From the NCBI GenBank assembly GCA_041649575.1, contig JBAZMW010000002.1:120001-152000 (forward strand): 32,000 nt of DNA. The letters run 5' to 3'. Of the stretch, positions 18,572 to 26,607 are shown in pieces. The notes below the pieces were generated by a model. It made no database searches. It was not told where the DNA came from and saw only the letters and a program-made list of their open reading frames with translations. Within the stretch, counting starts at the first letter, position 1, and each line of letters begins with the position of its first letter. The position numbers were made by a program, and so were the translations under genes. This stretch comes from Patescibacteria group bacterium (lineage in GTDB: Bacteria > Patescibacteriota > Patescibacteriia > 2-01-FULL-39-33).

Positions 18572-18643
18572 TCTTTAAATTATACCATAGAAAAAATAAA
18601 TAAAAAAATCCTCATTGGGTTTCAATCAGGCTTTCTTAATTTT

Positions 18644-19714
18644 TTAAGTGGCCGCGGCCAAGGCCAGCTCTTCGTCTAGTTTTTTTAACTGATTAATCAC
18701 AGACTGCAGATTGCCGTCCATGATAGAAGCGATATTATTGAAGTTTTCGTTCAAGCGGTGATCGGTAAGGCGGTCTTGGGGAAAGTTGTAGGTGCGGATT
18801 TTTTCACTGCGGTCGCCCGAGCCGATTTGCGCTTTTCTGGTTTGGCTTAACTTTTTTTCCTCCTCTTCTTTTTTTAACAATAAAAGCCGCGAACGCAATA
18901 CTATCATCGCTTTTTCTTTGTTTTGCAGTTGCGAGCGTTCGTCTTGGCAGGAGACAGCCAGGGCGGTCGGCAGGTGAGTGATGCGCACAGCCGAATACGT
19001 GGTATTGACGCTCTGGCCTCCGTGGCCGCCGGCGCAGAAGGTATCTATTCTCAAGTCTTTAGGGTCAATTACCAAATCCACTTCCTCGGCTTCGGGCAAA
19101 ACGGCCACGGTCACGGTGGAAGTATGGACGCGGCCCTTTTTTTCTGTTTCCGGCACCCGTTGCACCCGATGAACCCCGCTCTCGTATTTCAAGACGCCAT
19201 AAACATTCTGACCGGTAATTTCGAAAATTATTTCCTTAAAACCGCCGATGCCGATACGGTTGGCGGAAATTATTTTGCTTTTCCAGCCGTTTTTTTCTCC
19301 ATAGCGGCTGTACAAACGGAAGAGCTCGGCCGCGAACAGGGCCGATTCATCGCCGCCGGCGCCGGCTCTGATTTCCACGATGACATTTTTTTTGTCATTG
19401 GGGTCTCTGGGCACAAGTAATGTTTTTATTTCTTGTTCCAACTCGACTTTTCTTTTTTCCAATTCCGTTCTTTCTTCGGCCGACATCTTTTTTAATTCTT
19501 CGTCGCCTTCGTTTTCCTGACCGATTTTTTCCATTTCTCTGATATCGATCTCGGTCTTTTCTAATTCTTTTTTGGCGGCGATTATTTCTTTTAGGTCGTC
19601 ATACTCCTGCGATATTTCTTTGATTTTTTTGGGATCGGAAATAGTCGCCTCGTCTTGCAACAGGCGTTCCAATTCCTCAAATCTTTCCTGGAGTTGTATC
19701 AGTTTCGATAACAT
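18644..19714 (-). CDS. prfA: peptide chain release factor 1
   Basis: GGQ motif (GGHGGQSVN), RF1-type tripeptide region ([14 protein letters not shown]). ATG at 19714 (MLSKL...) preferred over the upstream start. Confidence 0.95.
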   Translation of the reverse strand: MLSKLIQLQERFEELERLLQDEATISDPKKIKEISQEYDDLKEIIAAKKELEKTEIDIREMEKIGQENEGDEELKKMSAEERTELEKRKVELEQEIKTLLVPRDPNDKKNVIVEIRAGAGGDESALFAAELFRLYSRYGEKNGWKSKIISANRIGIGGFKEIIFEITGQNVYGVLKYESGVHRVQRVPETEKKGRVHTSTVTVAVLPEAEEVDLVIDPKDLRIDTFCAGGHGGQSVNTTYSAVRITHLPTALAVSCQDERSQLQNKEKAMIVLRSRLLLLKKEEEEKKLSQTRKAQIGSGDRSEKIRTYNFPQDRLTDHRLNENFNNIASIMDGNLQSVINQLKKLDEELALAAAT

Positions 19715-19783
19715 ATTTGTATTATAGCTTAAACAAAAAGAACTCCGCAAACAAGCCGCGAGCTCTTTTTATTATCAACGATG

Positions 19784-20086
19784 TTATTTGCCTTCTTTTT
19801 TGACTTTGGCCTTTTTGACTTCCTTGGCTTTCTTTTGTTTTTCCTTTTTGATTTTTTTGCCCTGCCTGGACAGCGCCAGACTGGCCTTGGCCTCTACCCG
19901 TTTCTGAAATTTATCCACTCTTTTGGCGGTATCAATAAGTTTTTGCTTGCCGGTGTAAAAAGGATGGCAGGCCGAACAGATTTCAACGTGGATTTCCTCC
20001 AGGGTCGAACCAACGGCAAAAGTATTGCCGCAGGCGCAAATCACCTTGGCTTCTTTGAAGTACTGTGGATGAATGTCTTTTTTCAT
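19784..20086 (-). CDS. rpmE: 50S ribosomal protein L31 (Zn-binding type) with Lys-rich C-terminal tail
   Basis: MKKDIHPQY, CxC...[12 protein letters not shown] signature; about 30 extra K-rich residues. Confidence 0.93.
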   Translation of the reverse strand: MKKDIHPQYFKEAKVICACGNTFAVGSTLEEIHVEICSACHPFYTGKQKLIDTAKRVDKFQKRVEAKASLALSRQGKKIKKEKQKKAKEVKKAKVKKEGK

Positions 20087-20117
20087 AAAGAAAGGTAGTT
20101 AAAATTTGATATTAAAT

Positions 20118-20146
20118 AGTTTACAGGTTTTTAAGATAAATGTCAA
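20118..20146 (-). promoter_or_regulatory. promoter of rpmE
   Basis: The reverse complement reads TTGACA, a 17-nt spacer ending in TG, then TAAACT. Confidence 0.5.
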
Positions 20147-20197
20147 TTATTTTATTTGTCCCGTTGAATTTTGCCAGGTGAATTGATTAACTGGGGT

Positions 20198-20240
20198 AAA
20201 AAAAAAGAAGCCCCGCGATTCTCGTCAGAGAATCGCGGGG
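20198..20240 (-). terminator. Rho-independent terminator of the lipoprotein gene
   Basis: 13-bp stem CCCCGCGATTCTC/GAGAATCGCGGGG with a 4-nt loop, followed on the minus strand by CTTCTTTTTTTTT. Confidence 0.85.
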
Positions 20241-20266
20241 TTCCAAGGTACTTGTTGCTTGGCAAC

Positions 20267-21916
20267 TCAGCCGGGCATGTTTAGCCAATCGATGCCGATG
20301 TCCCGGCCATCGCCAGCCGTGCCGATACAAGGTGAGCCGGCATCAAGATGCCAGTCCTCGGTGAGCAACGGGTCGGCGAAGACGAGGTTGATCACGTCGA
20401 CCGTCCAAGGGTTTCTCTCGCACGTTGCCAACGTGTCGTAGTTCCAGACGCAGTTGGGCCCAACTGTGTAGTAGCCGTTGCTGCAATGAAACGTTGTTTC
20501 GCAGCCAGTGACTACCGAGTCGAAAACCGCGACACTATCTTCATTGTACGCGGCTATGCCTCGCGTCGACCCGACGTGGGGCACCAAGAAGAAGCGTGGA
20601 CCGACTACGACACAGTGATGGACCGATAAGCCGCTCGCGTAGTTGACCTCTAGTGGCGAGTTACTCTCGCTGGCGACTACCACGTTTCTCATAGTTAGTG
20701 CTACGCCACCTTCGCAGGCAACCGCCGCGTCGCTGTAGTACAGGTTGCGTTTGCCAGGGCCATTGTGGATGCTGATGTTGTACAACCACATCGTCCAGTC
20801 GCCTTTGGCCACCGAAACCGATTTGCCCAGATTGGCCGTGGCTTCGGCCTGGCTCGTGGGGTATGACCAGGGCGCGGTGTAGATCACATGTGGCCGGTTT
20901 GGGTTGTTATCCACGATCCGGCTCTTATCGGGCCCCAATCCAGAAATGCTGATCGTTTTGGGGTTGGGATAATAGGGGATTGTGAATCCCTCATAGTCGC
21001 CCTCGCCCAAGGTGATGTCCACCGGCGTCTCGCACGCGTCGATCGCATCCTGAATTGTCAGGTACTGCTGGCCGTTCGCGGTGACCGGCGGCTTCTCGTA
21101 TCCGAACGTGATGTCCAGGTCGAGTTCGCCGTAGATGTCCACTGGCGTGTAGTCGTAGCACAGGCCACCACTGAAACGGAACGAGCCGGCGAAGTCCAGC
21201 TCGGCCACGACCAGGGGCAAAGCCGACTGATAGATGTCGCCGTTATCGTCGGTCGCCACCAGCGTCCCGCCCTGGAAGTCGAGCGGTAAACTGAAGCCAA
21301 AATCCACTCCGTTTGCTCCTAGCGCCCAGCACCCAGGCCATTCAGTCCCTTCAGCCGTAACCAGTTTAGCACCACCACGGCCGAAGCTATAATCGCCAGG
21401 TAAACCGTTGACGCCGAATCGGAAGTAGTATGTGGGCAGGAAGTCCATTTCCACTTCCAGGTTTGTGGTCTGTCCGGCGGCGATACTCGCGGCTGTCTCC
21501 CCCCAGAAGAGTGGTGCCTTATCCGCGTCCATGATGTACACGGATGCTTCATAGTCACCCGGCCAGATGTCTTTGGCCGTTCCGTCGAACACGCCGTCGA
21601 TGATCGGGAATTCGAGAAAACGGCTGTGGTCGACTGAACCCCCAGCCTTACCCATACCGGTTCCCGCTTCCCAGAGATGGACCTGAATCCAGCGAGCTCT
21701 CGACTTGAAGGCGTCACCGATCGCAATCAACTCTGGATAGGTGAGCGATTTCTCGCCCGATGCCGCGTACAGGTTACCGTGGATCCGGATGCTACCGGTC
21801 TGTGGCTGATTCGGGTCCGGCGGTTTCGGCGTGTCTTGCGCCGGACAGCCCGCGAACAGAAATGCCGCCAACACCGTCAGCACGGCCAACGTCATACCAT
21901 TCATCATCTTACTCAT
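20267..21916 (-). CDS. lipoprotein with beta-sandwich-like N-terminal region and right-handed parallel beta-helix-like C-terminal domain (549 aa)
   Basis: Signal peptide plus lipobox (LAAFLFAGC). Repeated beta-helix rungs (ISISG, LYNISIHN, LTMRNVVVA, SVHHCVVV, AVFDSVVTG) and a terminal DWHLDAGSPCIGTAG motif. GAGGAGG SD 8 nt before the ATG at 21916. Confidence 0.75.
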   Translation of the reverse strand: MSKMMNGMTLAVLTVLAAFLFAGCPAQDTPKPPDPNQPQTGSIRIHGNLYAASGEKSLTYPELIAIGDAFKSRARWIQVHLWEAGTGMGKAGGSVDHSRFLEFPIIDGVFDGTAKDIWPGDYEASVYIMDADKAPLFWGETAASIAAGQTTNLEVEMDFLPTYYFRFGVNGLPGDYSFGRGGAKLVTAEGTEWPGCWALGANGVDFGFSLPLDFQGGTLVATDDNGDIYQSALPLVVAELDFAGSFRFSGGLCYDYTPVDIYGELDLDITFGYEKPPVTANGQQYLTIQDAIDACETPVDITLGEGDYEGFTIPYYPNPKTISISGLGPDKSRIVDNNPNRPHVIYTAPWSYPTSQAEATANLGKSVSVAKGDWTMWLYNISIHNGPGKRNLYYSDAAVACEGGVALTMRNVVVASESNSPLEVNYASGLSVHHCVVVGPRFFLVPHVGSTRGIAAYNEDSVAVFDSVVTGCETTFHCSNGYYTVGPNCVWNYDTLATCERNPWTVDVINLVFADPLLTEDWHLDAGSPCIGTAGDGRDIGIDWLNMPG

Positions 21917-22020
21917 CTCGTGTTCCTCCTCGGTTTTGCTCTTTACCAGACATAGTAAATAGCGAATCACGCCCTGTGCGTGTTCGCTGTTGTTGCCAAA
22001 TTCTCAAGGTGCAACTAATT

Positions 22021-22049
22021 ATAATATCATATTTATTTATTTTTGTCAA
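22021..22049 (-). promoter_or_regulatory. promoter of the lipoprotein gene
   Basis: The reverse complement reads TTGACA (22049-22044), a 17-nt spacer ending in TGA, then TATTAT (22026-22021). Confidence 0.5.
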
Positions 22050-22127
22050 TAGATGTTAAAAAATAATCATTTTTTTGTTTTATTTTAGCTATTTTATTTA
22101 TTTTTATTATATTAATTACTTAAAATG

Positions 22128-22156
22128 TTGACAGATATTTTTTAATTTGTTAGAAT
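22128..22156 (+). promoter_or_regulatory. promoter of the rpsB-tsf operon
   Basis: TTGACA (22128-22133), 17-nt spacer ending in TGT, TAGAAT (22151-22156). Confidence 0.6.
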
Positions 22157-22254
22157 TTCTTTATCTTAATTTAAGTATTAATCACCCATACTTCTTAATA
22201 TTTCCTTGTCCCGCCTGGCGGGATGAAAGAAGTAGCGGTCAGAAAGGAAAAACT

Positions 22255-22956
22255 ATGAATTTACCAAGTGTCTTGGATTTGCTCAAAGCCGGTGTCCATT
22301 TTGGCCACCAAAAGAGCCGCTGGCATCCGAAAATGAAAGACCAGATTTTTACCGAACGCGGCGGAGTGCATATTATCGACCTGGATAAAACTCTGGAAAA
22401 ATTGGAGATCGCCACTGATTTTGCGCGCGAGGTCGCTCAAAACGGTGGTGTTGTTTTGTTTGTCGGCACCAAAAAGCAGGGCCAAGAAATTATCAAAAAA
22501 GACGCCATCAGTTGTGGCATGCCTTTTATTAATGAGAAATGGATTGGCGGCATGTTCACCAATTTTCCCAACGTTGGAAAGCTGATTAGAAAGTACAGGG
22601 ATCTGAAAGAAAAAAAAGAGGCCGGAGCCTTACTCAAATACACCAAGAAAGAGCAGGTGGAATTCGATAAGGAAATTGACAAACTACAGCGGTTTGTCGG
22701 CGGCTTGGTGGAATTGAAGAAAATCCCCGAAGCGATTTTTGTCTTGGACGTCAAAAAAGAAAAAACCGCCGTTAGCGAAGCCAGAAAAAAAGGAGTGAAG
22801 ATTATCGGTTTCTGCGATACCAATATCAATCCCGACCTTTTGGATTATCCTATTTTTGCCAACGACGATGCGGTCAAGTCTATCGAGCTGATTACCGGTC
22901 TTATGGCCGAAGCCATCAAAGAGGGCAAGAGCAAAACAGAAGTCGCTAAAGCCTAA
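22255..22956 (+). CDS. rpsB: 30S ribosomal protein S2
   Basis: LLKAGVHFGHQKSRWHPKM signature. ATG at 22255 chosen; the ORF-track N-terminal extension is rejected. Confidence 0.95.
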   Translation: MNLPSVLDLLKAGVHFGHQKSRWHPKMKDQIFTERGGVHIIDLDKTLEKLEIATDFAREVAQNGGVVLFVGTKKQGQEIIKKDAISCGMPFINEKWIGGMFTNFPNVGKLIRKYRDLKEKKEAGALLKYTKKEQVEFDKEIDKLQRFVGGLVELKKIPEAIFVLDVKKEKTAVSEARKKGVKIIGFCDTNINPDLLDYPIFANDDAVKSIELITGLMAEAIKEGKSKTEVAKA

Positions 22957-23130
22957 AATATTCCCCTCTTTTCCAAGGAGGGGGCAGGGGGAGGTTTTGA
23001 AAGCTGGCTGATAAAATAGAGATCTTCATAACCCCTCTTTGGTCTCCCCTTAGAAAGGGGAGAAAGTAGGGGATTAACCTATCCCCGGAAAGGGAAAAAA
23101 GAATAAACTTTTTAAAATTAATTTTTAATT

Positions 23131-23910
23131 ATGTCTATTGATCTATCAACCATCTCTCAACTTCGCGAAAAAACCGGCGCTGGCATCGGCGACTGCAAAC
23201 GCGCCCTGGAAGAAGCTGGCGGAGAGATCGACAAAGCCATTGAAATTTTAAGAAAAAAGGGGGAGATCAAAGCCGCCAAGAAATCCGATCGAGCGACCAA
23301 TGAAGGATTGGTGGCTATAATAAGAAGCGGAGCCAGAATCGCTGTCGCTTCTTTGGCTTGCGAAACCGATTTTGTGGCCAGAAACGATGATTTTATTCAA
23401 GCGGCCAACCAATTGGCCGCCAAGCTACTGGACACACCCAAGGCAGAGTTTGTTTCTTGGGCCGAGCAAGTTATCAAAAACGAATTAATTGTCAAAATCG
23501 GCGAGAACATCAAACTGGGCGATTATGGCGTTTTTAGTGGTGCCGTTTTGGGCAGTTATTTGCATTCCAACAAAAAAGTGGCGGCGGTAGTTGTTTTGGA
23601 CGGCGGTAGCGATGAGTTGGCCAGTGAGTTGGCGATGCAGGTGGCGGCGCTCTCGCCCAAATACCTCCAGCCGGCCGATATTCCCGCCCCTGAACTGGAA
23701 AAGGAAAAAGAAATTTATCGTGAGAATCTAAAAAACGAAGGCAAGCCGGAAAACATGTTTGACAAGATTATCGAAGGCAAGCTGGCCAAGTATTACGAAG
23801 AGGTTTGTCTGCAGAGCCAAGTTTTTATCAAAGACGATAGTCAAAAAATCAGCGATTTACTGGTCGCGGCCGGTGCCAGCGTCAAAGAGTTTAAAAGATT
23901 TCAGGTTTAA
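23131..23910 (+). CDS. tsf: translation elongation factor Ts
   Basis: LREKTGAGIGDCKRALEEAGGEIDKAIEILRKKG UBA-like N-terminus; follows rpsB. Confidence 0.95.
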   Translation: MSIDLSTISQLREKTGAGIGDCKRALEEAGGEIDKAIEILRKKGEIKAAKKSDRATNEGLVAIIRSGARIAVASLACETDFVARNDDFIQAANQLAAKLLDTPKAEFVSWAEQVIKNELIVKIGENIKLGDYGVFSGAVLGSYLHSNKKVAAVVVLDGGSDELASELAMQVAALSPKYLQPADIPAPELEKEKEIYRENLKNEGKPENMFDKIIEGKLAKYYEEVCLQSQVFIKDDSQKISDLLVAAGASVKEFKRFQV

Positions 23911-23918
23911 ATTTTAAA

Positions 23919-24731
23919 ATGAAAGCTGTCTTTATACAATTTACCCCCTGGGATCGATATTATGCTTTCGACCCCAATAATCTGCCGGTCAAAGTAGCCG
24001 ACTCGGTGGTGGTGACTACTGAATTTGGCACCGAAATTGGCAAGGTGATCGAGTTTAACGAGCTGACGGATGCCGAAATTAAGGAGCTGGGCGGCCTTAA
24101 GCCGCTGGACAGAATCGCCACCAGCGAAGATTTGGAAATTTTTAAAACCAACAATGAGGCCAAGCGCAAAGAAGAGGCAAATAGTTATTGTCATAAAGTT
24201 ATCAAACGTCATGATTTGGAAATGAAGTTGGTAGACTGTTTTTTCTCTTTTGACGACAGTCGCCTGACTTTTGCTTTTATTGCCGATGGCCGCGTTGATT
24301 TCAGAAACGTCGTCAAGGAGCTGACCAAGCATTTTCAGAAAGCCATCAGACTGCATCAGCTCGGAGTGCGCGATGAAGCCAAGGTCAGGGGCGATATTGG
24401 TCCTTGCGGCCAAAAATTATGTTGCGCCAACTACCTCAAAAAATTGGGCAATGTCACTTCGGAATTGGCCGAAACCCAGCAGGTGGCTCATCGCGGTTCG
24501 GAGCGTTTGTCCGGCGTCTGCAGCCGCCTCAAGTGCTGCCTGGCCTATGAAGCCGATGTTTACGGCGAACTCTCCAAGAATTTTCCGGCTTTAAGCAGCC
24601 GGGTGAAAACCAATCACGGCAAAGGTGAAGTGGTCGGCTGGCATGTTTTGAAAGGCACGGTGGATGTCAAAATCGATCCAGAAAAAGAAGGCGACAAGCC
24701 GATGGTGGTAGAAGTGCCGATAAAGAAATAA
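23919..24731 (+). CDS. PSP1 domain protein (YaaT/RicT-like)
   Basis: FIADGRVDFRNVVKEL, LHQLGVRDEAK, GPCGQKLCC and CSRLKCCLAYE motifs. Confidence 0.85.
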   Translation: MKAVFIQFTPWDRYYAFDPNNLPVKVADSVVVTTEFGTEIGKVIEFNELTDAEIKELGGLKPLDRIATSEDLEIFKTNNEAKRKEEANSYCHKVIKRHDLEMKLVDCFFSFDDSRLTFAFIADGRVDFRNVVKELTKHFQKAIRLHQLGVRDEAKVRGDIGPCGQKLCCANYLKKLGNVTSELAETQQVAHRGSERLSGVCSRLKCCLAYEADVYGELSKNFPALSSRVKTNHGKGEVVGWHVLKGTVDVKIDPEKEGDKPMVVEVPIKK

Positions 24732-24788
24732 CTGGCGGCATGTAGCTTGTGACAAATAGCCATAGTCCACAATAAAAATTTGTAAGTT

Positions 24789-24813
24789 AGCCCCACTGTT
24801 CGGGGCTTTTTTT
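24789..24813 (+). terminator. Rho-independent terminator after the PSP1 gene
   Basis: AGCCCC-N7-GGGGCT followed by TTTTTTT. Confidence 0.8.
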
Positions 24814-24815
24814 AT

Positions 24816-24844
24816 TTGACAAAACAGACAATACCGCGTATTTT
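24816..24844 (+). promoter_or_regulatory. candidate promoter of the 160-aa ORF
   Basis: TTGACA (24816-24821), 17-nt spacer, weak -10 TATTTT (24839-24844). Confidence 0.35.
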
Positions 24845-24910
24845 ATTATTAGTCGTTTTGTGTTTTGTCAACCCTAATGTTTACAATGTTCTGAAAAGGA
24901 GGGACTTATC

Positions 24911-25393
24911 ATGGCTAATCTGGTTGCCGCTGTCGAATTCTGGATGAAGCTGGATAGAGCGCTAAGTCAGAATGGCGGAATGGTAGCTCTCTTTCTGGAG
25001 AGAATCCGCGCCGTCATGGAAGCAACTCGACAACTGGAGATTGTCCGGAGAGTCAAGCCGCCTGACGCTGTATTGAGATACCATCGAGGCGCCAGTGACG
25101 CGCTGGATGGTTACAAGTCATTTTCTCATTCGACCGATGATGAGGCAATAATGTACACCTGGGTGCACTTCGTGGATGAGGCGGTTGCCGAGGCCTATGC
25201 CGCCAGTGGCTGGGCCGTGGCTATTCTCACGGCCGAGGAACAGCTTGACTCGGCCCGAGACGATTTCTGCCACCTAATGGTCGAGAATAATTTCCGGGGC
25301 GATGGGCTGGTTCTAAGTCTTCTCGACTCGCTTCGGCTTGCTTTCGCCACGGCCGGTCGCGATATCGACGACCTTGTTCCCTGGATGCGCTAG
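24911..25393 (+). CDS. hypothetical acidic, probably helical 160-aa protein (no family recognised)
   Basis: AAGGAGGG SD 7 nt before the ATG; GC-rich; flanked by its own terminator. Confidence 0.6.
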   Translation: MANLVAAVEFWMKLDRALSQNGGMVALFLERIRAVMEATRQLEIVRRVKPPDAVLRYHRGASDALDGYKSFSHSTDDEAIMYTWVHFVDEAVAEAYAASGWAVAILTAEEQLDSARDDFCHLMVENNFRGDGLVLSLLDSLRLAFATAGRDIDDLVPWMR

Positions 25394-25436
25394 AGCTTCG
25401 TCGCACCTTGCGTTCGTCAGTCGTTGTACCTCTCTT

Positions 25437-25468
25437 AGCTACTTGGCGGGTCGCCGGTAGCTTTTTTG
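25437..25468 (+). terminator. Rho-independent terminator of the 160-aa ORF
   Basis: AGCTAC..GGCG-GGT-CGCC..GTAGCT hairpin followed by TTTTTT. Confidence 0.75.
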
Positions 25469-25518
25469 TTTGCGATAATTTTGCTATAATTATATTAATA
25501 AACAATAATTTTATTTTT

Positions 25519-26517
25519 ATGAAAAAAATTGCCATCAACGGTTTTGGCCGGATAGGCCGGGCGGCTTTTAGAATCGCTTTAACCAAAAAGAATTGCCAAG
25601 TAGTCGCTATCAACGATTTAACGGATTCGCGCACTTTGGCCTATTTGTTAAAATATGATTCAGTTTATGGTCATTTTGGAAACAAAGTCAGCCATGATAA
25701 AAACAACCTGATTATCAATGGCCAGAAGTATCCCGTTTTTGCTCAAAAAGATCCGGCCAAACTGCCTTGGAAGAAATTAGGGGTGGAGGTGGTTTTGGAG
25801 TGCACCGGAGTTTTTACCGACAAGAGCGGCGTCAGCCTGCACCTGAAAGCCGGGGCTAAAAAAGTGGTTTTGTCCGCTCCCGCCAAAGATGAAATGCAAA
25901 CCTTGGTTCTAGGCACCGAGCTGACCAGAAAGACTCTGGGCAAAAACGAAAAAATAATCTCCAACGCCTCTTGCACCACAAATTGCGTGGCGCCGGTGAT
26001 TCAGGTCTTGGAAAACGTTTTTGGCATTACTAAGGCCCTGCTCAACACTTCCCACGCTTACACCGCGAGTCAGGGTTTGGTGGATGGGCCGAGCAGAAAG
26101 GACTTGCGCGAAGGCCGGGCGGCCGCGATTAATCAGGTGCCGGCAGCCACCGGCGCGGCCCAGGCTGCGGCCAAAGTTGTTCCGGCTCTCTCTGGTGTCT
26201 TCGATGGCATTGCCATTCGTGTGCCCGTGGCCTGCGGTTCTCTTTCCGACATTACTTGCGTGCTGAAAAAAAACGTGACTGTCGAACAGGTGAACCGGGC
26301 TTTCCGCGAGGCCGCCAGTAAGCCGCTTTTCAAAAATATTTTAGCCGTATCAGAAGAACCACTGGTCTCTTCCGACATCGTAGGCACCAACTATTCAGCC
26401 ATTGTCGATTTGTCTCTGACCAGAGTGGTTGGCGGCAATTTGGTTAAGGTTCTGGCTTGGTATGATAATGAATGGGGCTATTCTAATCGCCTGGTAGAGA
26501 TGGCTCTGGCGGTCTAA
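25519..26517 (+). CDS. gap: type I glyceraldehyde-3-phosphate dehydrogenase
   Basis: INGFGRIGR NAD motif, catalytic SNASCTTNC, WYDNEWGYS C-terminus. ATG at 25519 chosen. Confidence 0.95.
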   Translation: MKKIAINGFGRIGRAAFRIALTKKNCQVVAINDLTDSRTLAYLLKYDSVYGHFGNKVSHDKNNLIINGQKYPVFAQKDPAKLPWKKLGVEVVLECTGVFTDKSGVSLHLKAGAKKVVLSAPAKDEMQTLVLGTELTRKTLGKNEKIISNASCTTNCVAPVIQVLENVFGITKALLNTSHAYTASQGLVDGPSRKDLREGRAAAINQVPAATGAAQAAAKVVPALSGVFDGIAIRVPVACGSLSDITCVLKKNVTVEQVNRAFREAASKPLFKNILAVSEEPLVSSDIVGTNYSAIVDLSLTRVVGGNLVKVLAWYDNEWGYSNRLVEMALAV

Positions 26518-26607
26518 AAACCAGCCTCTTGCCAAAAAAATAAATATTTGCTAAATTATTAATCGTCTACACCCTCGTTTTTAATAATCTCAAAAAAATT
26601 TCAATAA

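Noticed and set aside
19781-20098. 105-aa plus-strand ORF antisense to rpmE
   Set aside because: It is a shadow of the L31 frame. Its translation is a low-complexity Phe/Leu-rich string mirroring the Lys-rich tail codons.
21917-21970. 18-codon N-terminal extension (MIRYLLCLVKSKTEEEHE) of the lipoprotein ORF
   Set aside because: The GAGGAGG SD lies inside this extension, 8 nt before the ATG at 21916. A canonical signal peptide begins at that second Met.
20250-22016. Short repeats (TTGTTGC and GCAACT) on both flanks of the lipoprotein island as possible att or target-site duplications
   Set aside because: These are only 6-7 nt matches in roughly 100-nt flanks, which is expected by chance. Both also form local GTTGC...GCAAC hairpins. 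No integrase or transposase is nearby.
20348-22059. Multiple 80-135-aa ORFs on both strands overlapping the lipoprotein gene (for example 20888-21289, 21319-21726, 21760-22059)
   Set aside because: They are high-GC shadow frames. Only the 549-aa frame has an SD, a lipoprotein signal and domain-like repeats.
23907-24413. 168-aa minus-strand ORF overlapping the PSP1 gene
   Set aside because: It is antisense to a frame carrying conserved PSP1/RicT Cys motifs, and no independent signals support it.
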